Positions 42,644-50,771 of a stretch of 64,000 nt of DNA are shown in pieces. The position numbers and the translations under genes are program-made. The notes beneath the pieces were generated by a model. It worked only from the letters and a program-made list of their open reading frames with translations. It ran no database searches and was not told where the DNA came from. Origin of the DNA: Bryobacteraceae bacterium (GTDB lineage Bacteria > Acidobacteriota > Terriglobia > Bryobacterales > Bryobacteraceae); NCBI GenBank assembly GCA_052144935.1, contig JBKQPR010000214.1:5731-69730 (forward strand). Reading direction: 5' to 3'. Each line of letters begins with the position of its first letter. The stretch's first letter is position 1.

Positions 42644-44248
42644 TCAATCAAGCGGTGTGTGCGAGCGGTTGGCGTCCAGCCAGCGCGCCGCCCCTGGCGC
42701 ATCGGTCACCTCCTGGCGCAACACGGCCAGCAGCAGATCCTGAATCAGGACGGTATTGAAGGGAGCCTCGTATGAAAGTCCCTGATGCTGCCCGGCCAGC
42801 TTGAAAAAGAAGGGAATCCGCGGATCGAACTTGTCGTGAATCAACTCCGCCTCGCGATATGGATGATCGGTTGTGATCAGCACGCTGGTATCGTCCCACG
42901 TGCGGGCGCTTTCCATGGATTGGCGCAACTCGCCCAACGTCCGGTCGAGCAGCGCCAGGCTGTCGATGTAGCCCTTCACGGGAGAATTCGACAGGTCGAA
43001 GCGGCCAGTCTGGCGGTTATACCCAAAGGGCGCGTGCGGCACCGGGAGATGCACGTAGGTGAACTGGAACTGCGGGTTGTTGACGGTCGCTTTGGCGGCC
43101 GCCACGACGCTGCGATAGGTCGCTATGTGCTGCTTCAGCGACAAAGACTGGCCGAACGGGGAAAGCAGGGTGGTTTCGAAAAGGCTCTCGGCCTCACCGG
43201 AGAGGGCGGCCCGGAAGGTGCGGCCCATGCTGTTGTGTTGCATGGCCATCTCCCACCATTCGCAGGAGACCAGGTCATTCCGGAACAGGCCGCAGTAGGG
43301 GTGGAACCAACCTACCACGGCGGTATTCAGCCCCAGGGCGCGCGCTCTGCCAAAGACGTTCGGCTCCCGGGTCAGAGAGAACCAGGAACGATTCGCGTCG
43401 CGGTAGCGTATCTCCAGGTGGTACGGTCCCTTGTAAGAAACCTCGTCTACGAGCCTCCCGGTAACGTAACCCGGTATGGAAATAGGAGTTTCCGGTCCGG
43501 GCGGGTGCGCGTTGGAGGCAAACAGCGTTTCTCCGCGCAGGCGGTCGATCTGAGGTAATGACAGGGAGGGATCGCGGTCCTCGAAAGTCAGTGAGTAGTC
43601 CCACTCATCGCAAATGATCCACAGAACCCGGGGCAATTCACGGGCGGTGGGAATAGGCGGCGCCAGCCTTACCCGGAACTCGGAATCGTCGTAATGCACC
43701 GCCTTCCAGACCGCCTGCCCAAAGGTCAGCGGGACCAGCGGCAAAAAGAACGCCACCACTCCGGCGGCGATATGGGAGGCCGGGCGATAGTGCAAGGCAA
43801 TCAGCCAAACCACCACGGCGCCCAAGGCAATGGCGATCAGCAGGACTCCGCGCGGGCCCACCAGCTCGAACAGAGGCGAGCGCAGGTATTTGAACTCGAC
43901 GGAAAGGACCGAGCGAATAGCGTTCAAAGGCACCGCCAGCGACACCAGAAATGCCATCCGCACCCAGCGGAACCAGGAGGGCGACAGATAGCGCCGGGCG
44001 GCCGTTACCGCCACCCAGAGAACCACGGCCCCGATTAACACGTCCGTGATCGCCGCGTAGTATACGGCGGGCGTGGGAGGCGTCTTCATGAGGTAGGTGT
44101 CCGCGCGGCCATACGTCAGGATTTCCGACCAGACCCTCAGGAAGGCGAGATTCACCAGGGAAAGCGCCACCGCCAGGTCGCGTTTGGGGGAGGTTTTGGA
44201 AGTCGTAGACCTGCCGTGAGCCTCTGACGCGGCCGCGGAAATACGCAT
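42644..44248 (-). CDS. Membrane-anchored alkaline-phosphatase-superfamily (sulfatase/LTA-synthase-like) protein
   Basis: N-terminal multi-TM region, then VLWIICDEWD, HLPVPHAPF and VLITTDHPY metal-site-like motifs. Confidence 0.65.
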   Translation of the reverse strand: MRISAAASEAHGRSTTSKTSPKRDLAVALSLVNLAFLRVWSEILTYGRADTYLMKTPPTPAVYYAAITDVLIGAVVLWVAVTAARRYLSPSWFRWVRMAFLVSLAVPLNAIRSVLSVEFKYLRSPLFELVGPRGVLLIAIALGAVVVWLIALHYRPASHIAAGVVAFFLPLVPLTFGQAVWKAVHYDDSEFRVRLAPPIPTARELPRVLWIICDEWDYSLTFEDRDPSLSLPQIDRLRGETLFASNAHPPGPETPISIPGYVTGRLVDEVSYKGPYHLEIRYRDANRSWFSLTREPNVFGRARALGLNTAVVGWFHPYCGLFRNDLVSCEWWEMAMQHNSMGRTFRAALSGEAESLFETTLLSPFGQSLSLKQHIATYRSVVAAAKATVNNPQFQFTYVHLPVPHAPFGYNRQTGRFDLSNSPVKGYIDSLALLDRTLGELRQSMESARTWDDTSVLITTDHPYREAELIHDKFDPRIPFFFKLAGQHQGLSYEAPFNTVLIQDLLLAVLRQEVTDAPGAARWLDANRSHTPLD

Positions 44249-44702
44249 CTGTAACAGGGTACCACCGGCCCACCCGCCGGTTCCGGCAGCTACTCGTGGG
44301 GCGACAAGATACTGGAGTTCCGCAGAATCAATTCAAAAGGCGGCGCGCATTCTTCGCGCCGGTCTGTACCACCTGCGGCGGAAGGAGGTATAGGTGGTTT
44401 GGACCGCGGTTACATACGCAGATGAGTCATATGTGAACAAGTAAGTTGTCCCCCTGACTCAGCCAGCCACCAGATCCTGTGGCGGGGCAGCCCGCGCGGC
44501 GCACCCTGCGCTACTCGGCGAAGCGGCGGCTGAGTGAAACGGACGCCTACTTGTGTGCAGGGGGAAATTGGGCTTCGCAGCACCCGTGAGCGGGCCAACA
44601 TCCACCTGAGGCCGTAGCCACCGTAGCCACCCCACCGAACCCACCACACCGAACCCACCGCCAGTTGGTTTGACCGCCGTCTTTGGCATGATAAACTTCT
44701 AG

Positions 44703-44939
44703 ATGGCGCTGTACGCCATGAGAGAATCTCACCCGGCACAAACACGGTTCGGCGGTTTTTGGAGAGTGTTCCCGCTCCTGCTGGTTCTCCTCATCGGTAC
44801 GGAGCGCGAAGCGCGCGGTTATACGGATCCGGGGACCGGCGCGATGATCTGGCAGATGCTGGTTGCCGGGGTTGTCGGCGCGGCCTTTTATTTTCGAAGG
44901 TTCACCACCTGGTTTAAGAAAAAAGGCCGTAAGGATTGA
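44703..44939 (+). CDS. Hypothetical small membrane protein
   Basis: 78 aa with two hydrophobic segments and the motif YTDPGTGAMIWQMLVAGVVGAAFYF. The stop overlaps the next start. No clear SD. Confidence 0.4.
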   Translation: MALYAMRESHPAQTRFGGFWRVFPLLLVLLIGTEREARGYTDPGTGAMIWQMLVAGVVGAAFYFRRFTTWFKKKGRKD

Positions 44940-46399
44940 CCCTTTCAGCTTCTTCAACAGACGAGCCGCCGCAGAGTTCCCCGGCGGCTTCGTTTCGCGA
45001 TCCGGCCGGTGCCGTGTTCGCATTCGAGGGGCGCATTTTCCGCGTCGTGAATGCGGCCGGCGTGGACGATCTGACGGCGTTCCTGAACTCGCCATCCGCT
45101 CAGGCGGCGGTACGGGCGGGCACCGTAGTGCGCAGCGACCTTCTCTCCGGCGAAATTTTGGAACGGCCCTCCATTCGCGCTTTCTTCGAGCATTCTTCCG
45201 GCCGGCTCCTGCTGGAGCACGAGCGCATTGCGTTCCCCAGTTTTCCATACGAATGGCCGCCGGAGATGTTGTATGCCGCCGGTGAGCTGACTCTCGATTT
45301 GGCACAATCGCTGCTGGCCGGCGGCCTCGGGATCAAAGACGGAACGCCTTACAATATTTTGTTTCGGGGGCCCGATCCGGTTTTCATCGACGTATTGTCG
45401 TTCGAGCGGCGGCAGCCGGGCGACCCCACGTGGCTTCCCTACGCGCAGTTCATCCGCACCTTTCTTCTGCCGTTGCTGGCCAACAAGCATTTCGGCTTGG
45501 GGCTGGACCAGATTCTGACGACCCGCCGCGACGGCCTGGAGCCCGAGGAGATCTATCGCTGGTCGCGGCCCCTGCAACGCCTGAAGCCGCCGTTCCTTTC
45601 GCTGGTCTCGATGCCGACGTGGCTGGGCGGCAAGCACGACCAGGACGACCAGAGCATCTACCGCAAGAAGACGCTGGACGATCCGGAAAAAGCCCGCTTC
45701 ATTTTGAACGTGCTGTTCAACGGACTGCGCCGGAGCCTGCGTAAAGTGGCGCCGCGAGCCAGCCAGATCTCGGCCTGGACCGATTACATGGCGTCCAACA
45801 ACAATTATTCGGCGGACCATTTCGCGGCCAAGCAGCGTTTCGTGACCGAGGCGTTGGCCGAGTTCGCCCCCCGGCGGGTCTTGGATGTGGGCTGCAATAC
45901 CGGCCATTTCAGCGCGCTGGCGGCGAAATCGGGGGCCGCGGTGGTGGCCATCGACTACGATCCGGTGGTGGCTGGCAGCGTGTGGCGCAATGCCCGCGCC
46001 GAAAAGTTGAACATCCTGCCGCTGGTAGTCAATTTGACGCGGCCTACACCCAGCACCGGCTGGCGCAACCGCGAGTGGCCCTCTTTCCTGGACCGCGCGC
46101 GGGGGGCTTTCGACGGCGTGCTGATGCTGGCGGTGATCCACCATATGCTGGTCACCGAGCGGGTACCACTGGCGGAGATCATGGAAGTGGCGGCGGAGCT
46201 CACCACGAAGATCCTGATTGTGGAGTTCATCTCGCCGGAAGACTCCATGTTTCGGCGCCTCACCCGCGGGCGTGACGAACTGCACAAGGACCTCACGGTG
46301 GGGCTGTTCGAGGAGTGCTGCCGGCGGCACTTCGACATCGTACGGGTGCAGCACGTGGAGAATTCCACCCGCTGGCTGTACTTGTTGAAGAAGCGGTGA
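44936..46399 (+). CDS. Class I SAM-dependent methyltransferase with N-terminal extra domain
   Basis: TTG start. Motif I is VLDVGCNTGHFS. DGVLMLAVIHHM is a conserved post-motif region. Confidence 0.75.
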   Translation: MTLSASSTDEPPQSSPAASFRDPAGAVFAFEGRIFRVVNAAGVDDLTAFLNSPSAQAAVRAGTVVRSDLLSGEILERPSIRAFFEHSSGRLLLEHERIAFPSFPYEWPPEMLYAAGELTLDLAQSLLAGGLGIKDGTPYNILFRGPDPVFIDVLSFERRQPGDPTWLPYAQFIRTFLLPLLANKHFGLGLDQILTTRRDGLEPEEIYRWSRPLQRLKPPFLSLVSMPTWLGGKHDQDDQSIYRKKTLDDPEKARFILNVLFNGLRRSLRKVAPRASQISAWTDYMASNNNYSADHFAAKQRFVTEALAEFAPRRVLDVGCNTGHFSALAAKSGAAVVAIDYDPVVAGSVWRNARAEKLNILPLVVNLTRPTPSTGWRNREWPSFLDRARGAFDGVLMLAVIHHMLVTERVPLAEIMEVAAELTTKILIVEFISPEDSMFRRLTRGRDELHKDLTVGLFEECCRRHFDIVRVQHVENSTRWLYLLKKR

Positions 46400-46472
46400 G
46401 GGCGGCCAGCACACCGGCACGCGAGCCCGTTGGAAAGCGTGGCGGCGCACCATTCCACAGCGCCGGCGGACC

Positions 46473-48719
46473 TCACTGACCGGATTCGCCCGGAGGTGGG
46501 GTGAACCTTTTGCCAGGGAGTACCGCGGCTCGGGGCGCCGCAGCCGTTTCCGGAGATTGCCTGAGCCCTTGAAACGCCGACCCGGCCGCGGGGGCGGCGT
46601 GGGGCATCCGATCATGTTGCACCGGCATGGTCTTGACCCAAGAGTTCAACTGCGTGGCCAGCGTCCGGGCGGTGGGGTTGAGCGAGCCGAGCGAGCCAAA
46701 CAGGTTATGGTTTTCGTGGGGGTCCTGCTGCAGTTCGTAGACTTCCGATTTTCCGTTGTCGGAATAAATGTACTTGCTGGGCCAGGAAACCACGGCGCGC
46801 ATCACGCAGCCGCCGGGGCATTCGGGCAGGTGCGTCACGGGGCAGGGGAAGGACTCGCTGAACAGGTGGCGAGGTGCGGAGGCCGCCGGGTCCAGCAGGT
46901 CCAGGCCCTGAAGACCACGGCCCTGAAGACCACGGGGAGGCTCCACGCCGGCGCTTTTCATCACCGTGGGGAAGATGTCGATCAGACTGACCGGCGTATT
47001 CACCACCCCGGTAGGGGCGTTATGGGGATACTTCACGATCAGCCCCACGTGCAGCAGGTTGGCGTAGAGGGAATTGCCGTGCAGGAAGAGGCGTCTTTCG
47101 CCAAGGGCTTCGCCATGGTCGGCGGTCACCACGATCATGGTGTTGTCGTATAGGTTTTCGCGCTTGAGCCAATCCACCAACTGGCCGATTTGGGAGTCGA
47201 TGTAGGCGATCCCGCCATCGTATTGGGACACCGCGTGACTGGTATAAAGCGGGGGTAATGTCTCTCTCAGGTCGCCTACCCGCTGCTGGACTGCCATGAG
47301 GTCGGCCTGCGTGGCGCCGGGGACCTTGCCGGGAAACAGGTGGTCGAAAGGGTGAGGTGGAATATAGGGGAAGTGCGCGTCCATGTAGTTGAAGAACGCG
47401 AAGAAGGGGGCCTGGGCCAGGTTGGGCTGGCGCAGCATGGTGAAGAACTCGCGGTTGATGGCATCGCCGCGGCTGTAGAGGCGGTCGAACTGGGCGGTAT
47501 CGGCAAACAGGCTTATTACACGGCGCATTCCATTGCGCAGCATGTACCAGGATTCGGTCGCCAGGATGGGAACGGGTCGGGGAATACGGAACTGTTGGAA
47601 GCCGCGCTGGAGACCGAAATCGGCGCGTAGGAAGAGGTTGGCGCCCGTCCCCATGGTATGGTAGCCATTTCGAGCCAGCACTTCGGCAATGGTGGGAACA
47701 GGTCCGACCGGGCGGCCGTAGCTGGCTTCGGGAGGCTGGCAGTAAGCGCCGTGCCAGCTTGCGTACAAGCCGGTGAATATGGAGGCGTGGCTGGTGAGGC
47801 TGGCATCGGCAGTCGATAATGCCTGCGGGTACACGGTGGCGTCCGCCGCCAGTTTCTTGAGATTAGGAGTCGTGTTGCGGTTGTAACCGTAAGCCGAGAC
47901 ATGATCGGCTCTCACGGTATCCATGACAATCAGGATCACGTTGGGATGCGCGGAGGCTCCGGCGATCCTGACATCCGGCGTCACCGGAGAGGACGGCTCA
48001 ACGCCGAGCGCGAAAGAGGCCCCCATGAGGACCGCGGCGAAACCGGCCGCCGCCCAATTGGGCGCGAAGATCCGGCTGGGGTTCCAGGACTGCCGCCAGC
48101 GCCGGCCCAGCCACACGGCGGCGCCAGCCGCAATCGCCTGGATCCCGGCCAGGATGTAGTACCAGGGCCGAATCGGGATCCCCAGTTGTTGCGCGACCCC
48201 CATGAACTGCAGCGCGGCCGCCTGTCCGGCGTTCAGGAAGAGTCCCGCCACCACCCAGGGATTGGTCAGCAGACCGAAGCGGGTGGACCAAACCTGCGAA
48301 CGGATCGATAGCAGCAGCGCGGCAATCAGCGCCAGCGGGAGGAAGATCAGTTTCCACCATACCGCCGGGGCCGCCGGCTGGGTGGCCAGGTGGATGGCGA
48401 TCGCCAAAGTAAGGCTGAGGGCGGCGGCGTGTTCCATCACCAAAGGGGTGGGGCGGCCGCTCAACCTTTGGGCGTTCCTGAAGAGGAAAAGAATGAGGCC
48501 CGCCAAGGCGCCCAACGCAATGCCGGCGGCCATGTAGGCCAAAACCAACTGGCCCGCCATCTCCCAATGCCAGGCGGTGAAACGGGCGTATGGACGCCCC
48601 AGCCGGAACACAACCGAAGATGCCAGAAACTCGATTAAGGCATAAGCGGACCAAGCCGCCAGTCCCTGAGTTACACCTAATGTAAGATACCGTGCGATTC
48701 CCTCGGGACTGTGCCTCAT
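46473..48719 (-). CDS. Membrane-anchored sulfatase-like (alkaline phosphatase superfamily) protein
   Basis: A roughly 230-aa polytopic N-terminus, then VILIVMDTVRADH, SLTSHASIFTG (nucleophile region, no Cys-x-Pro-x-Arg) and IVVTADHGEALGER. Confidence 0.8.
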   Translation of the reverse strand: MRHSPEGIARYLTLGVTQGLAAWSAYALIEFLASSVVFRLGRPYARFTAWHWEMAGQLVLAYMAAGIALGALAGLILFLFRNAQRLSGRPTPLVMEHAAALSLTLAIAIHLATQPAAPAVWWKLIFLPLALIAALLLSIRSQVWSTRFGLLTNPWVVAGLFLNAGQAAALQFMGVAQQLGIPIRPWYYILAGIQAIAAGAAVWLGRRWRQSWNPSRIFAPNWAAAGFAAVLMGASFALGVEPSSPVTPDVRIAGASAHPNVILIVMDTVRADHVSAYGYNRNTTPNLKKLAADATVYPQALSTADASLTSHASIFTGLYASWHGAYCQPPEASYGRPVGPVPTIAEVLARNGYHTMGTGANLFLRADFGLQRGFQQFRIPRPVPILATESWYMLRNGMRRVISLFADTAQFDRLYSRGDAINREFFTMLRQPNLAQAPFFAFFNYMDAHFPYIPPHPFDHLFPGKVPGATQADLMAVQQRVGDLRETLPPLYTSHAVSQYDGGIAYIDSQIGQLVDWLKRENLYDNTMIVVTADHGEALGERRLFLHGNSLYANLLHVGLIVKYPHNAPTGVVNTPVSLIDIFPTVMKSAGVEPPRGLQGRGLQGLDLLDPAASAPRHLFSESFPCPVTHLPECPGGCVMRAVVSWPSKYIYSDNGKSEVYELQQDPHENHNLFGSLGSLNPTARTLATQLNSWVKTMPVQHDRMPHAAPAAGSAFQGLRQSPETAAAPRAAVLPGKRFTPPPGESGQ

Positions 48720-48791
48720 TGGTGTCCTTTCAACGCGATCGAAAGGGGCCCCTATTTGTCAAGACCACGCGCCCGCAGTCTGTGAGTTCAC

Positions 48792-49622
48792 TCATCCGGC
48801 CGCATCCTGCCGCTCGCCCGCCTTGGCTGGCAAGTTTATGGCGTTATAGTAGTTCTGCGGTCCGATTTTGGGATCGCACAAGTAGTGCATTTCGTCTCCC
48901 TTCTGCCTGGATGTGACAGTGTAACCGGCCGAGTCAAGGAATTCCCGCACTTCGGCCTCCGATACTCCGAGAAGCGGGTGTACCTCCAAATGCACTACGG
49001 GCCGGTGCCTGCGCAGAGTTTCGGCAGCTCCACGCAGCACCTGCATCTCGGCTCCCTCGCAATCGATCTTGATCAAATCCGGAGCCGGCAGGTCCAGATC
49101 GTCCAGGCGATACGCTTGCACCTGGATCTTTCGAAAGCCCTGTGCGTGCTGAGCGTTCGTCAGGAGCGTTCCAGTCTGCGAAATTCCGTTATCCAGAAAG
49201 TCGAGAACCGTAGATCGATCGGAGAGCGCCACATTCCTGGTCGAGACATTGGTTCTGCCATTCAAAGCCACATTGTCGACCAGGCGTGCGTAATTCTGTG
49301 GCGCGGGTTCAAAGGATACCACCCGATCGGCTACGGCGGAGTAAAACAGTGTGTGTAGCCCCAGGTGTGCTCCGATGTCGAAGACACAGCGGAGGCGGCT
49401 CGCCGAGACGAGCTCGAGCAAGCGATGCTCCCTCTCATCGGCCACCAGGAAAAGGTCGTCCGATGCGGTGGCGTACATCCGGAAACGGACGCTTCCGATC
49501 CTCACACTGCGCGTGTCGGACACCCAGCCGAGAACATTGCTTTTGGCAAGCCGCCAAAAACTCCCCAGTTCGCCGGAACCCGCAAGGCGCGATGCGGTCT
49601 TGATTTTCGAAACGATACTCAT
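48792..49622 (-). CDS. FkbM-family methyltransferase
   Basis: VFDIGAHLGLHTLFYS...FEPAPQNY...LIKIDCEGAEMQVLRGA. Confidence 0.85.
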   Translation of the reverse strand: MSIVSKIKTASRLAGSGELGSFWRLAKSNVLGWVSDTRSVRIGSVRFRMYATASDDLFLVADEREHRLLELVSASRLRCVFDIGAHLGLHTLFYSAVADRVVSFEPAPQNYARLVDNVALNGRTNVSTRNVALSDRSTVLDFLDNGISQTGTLLTNAQHAQGFRKIQVQAYRLDDLDLPAPDLIKIDCEGAEMQVLRGAAETLRRHRPVVHLEVHPLLGVSEAEVREFLDSAGYTVTSRQKGDEMHYLCDPKIGPQNYYNAINLPAKAGERQDAAG

Positions 49623-49840
49623 GACCCGTTTCCAACCAAACGGCCTGCTTGCGAACTTCCGGCCACGGCCTGCCGGTGTTTCAACCGAGGGTCGTGGCGC
49701 CTGAACCGGTCAGGTTTGGCGCAGTGGCTTGGGCTTCCGTACCGCGGCCGGCGACCACGCAGATCGAGGCCCAACCCGCCAAACCCCACATTACTCCTAA
49801 TATTAAGATAGCGCGCTATTCCTTTGGGATTATTTTCCAT
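49619..49840 (-). pseudogene. Possible remnant: duplicated 5' end of the sulfatase-like gene
   Basis: The first 14 codons (MENNPKGIARYLNI) and about 20 nt upstream resemble the start of gene 46473..48719 (MRHSPEGIARYLTL). The rest of the 73-aa ORF is Arg/Gly-rich and unlike any family. Confidence 0.35.
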
Positions 49841-50077
49841 TTCATTGGCGCCTTTTTTTCATGATTAACCGGCCTGAGGGGCTTCTCCGGGGGGGATCGA
49901 GAAACCCGCCACCGCGGTATTATGACAAGGAAATTTCCCCGAATTCGTAGAATTCGTACCAAAGTTACCGTCGTCGACAACACTCCGTGGGCCGTTGCGT
50001 CTCGAATCTTCCCTGCGAAATCCTATGCCTGTGCGATCGACGGCGCAGGGCCAGCCAATAGCCGGGCACAATTATGA

Positions 50078-50451
50078 CAAAACCCCAGAATAGCCCCGGC
50101 TGTAGCGCGGGCCGGGATCGTCTCACAGCCAACCGCTCCGGGAACCAACTATGTCCTGGTGATCTTCGATAGCTGCCGGTACGACACGCTGGTGAAGACG
50201 CGGCCCAAGACCATCCGCAAGCTGGGAAAACTGGAGCGCCGTTTTTCCTACGCTTCCTGGACGGCCCTTCGCACTACAACCTGCTGATGGGCCTGCTGCC
50301 GCACGCGACTCCGCGCCACGTATCTGCGTCGGAATACTACAAAAAGGATTTCCTAAAATATTCCGAGCGGCTGGGGGTCGAGGGAATCGAATTCAAATCG
50401 CTCATTCCCAAGCTGTATTTCCCGGCTTTTCTTAAGGAAAGCCTGGGTTAG
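50078..50451 (+). pseudogene. Fragment of an alkaline-phosphatase-superfamily gene (no start codon, frameshifted, truncated)
   Basis: NYVLVIFDSCRYDTLVKTRPKTIRKLGKLERRFSYASWTA in one frame continues as (P)SHYNLLMGLLPHATPRHVSASEYYKKDFLKYSERLGVEGIEFKSLIPKLYFPAFLKESLG* after a 1-nt loss in a C-run near 50266-50270. There is no start codon after the upstream TGA at 50075. Confidence 0.5.
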
Positions 50452-50771
50452 CGCACGCATGCCATGGTTTCTCTTCCGGTTTGGCGGGCGTGGCCGTGGT
50501 GGCGCATCTTCTGCTGGGCTGGCGGATGCAGTCCGCCTGGGTGGCCGTGGTGGCGCTTTTCACGGGATCGGTTTCGGTGGTCTACACCATCCTGACGGAG
50601 ATGGGCTGGCCAGCTCCCATATAAACAACCTGTTCAGCGCCATTGCGCTGGCCGCCATCCTGACGCCGTTCACCTCGCGCACCGCCAGGGGCGCCTGGAT
50701 CGGCGCCAGCAGGCTTGCGTCGTCATGGACCACCAAAACGAGACCACCATTCCGGCTCCCTCTCGGGGTCC

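Noticed and set aside
40837-42702. Very long minus-strand ORF (621 aa) antisense to the FAD oxidoreductase gene. Similar cases are 44954-46615 (-), 30025-31368 (-), 36088-37290 (-), 60604-61635 (-), 959-1981 (-) and 17264-18085 (-).
   Set aside because: They are Arg/Gly/Ala/Pro-rich low-complexity translations with no recognisable motifs. Each lies opposite or out of frame to a gene with clear family signatures. These are typical high-GC shadow ORFs.
44341-44361. A GC hairpin (CGGCGCG-N7-CGCGCCG) followed on the minus strand by CCTTTTGAATTG, considered as an intrinsic terminator.
   Set aside because: No minus-strand gene ends nearby. The nearest upstream minus-strand operon ends about 2.1 kb away, beyond two plus-strand genes, and the T-tract is short.
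44611-44662. Imperfect short repeats (GTAGCCACC x2, ACCGAACCCACC x2) upstream of the small membrane-protein gene.
   Set aside because: They are low-complexity and degenerate, without clear periodicity or dyad symmetry. No function can be argued.
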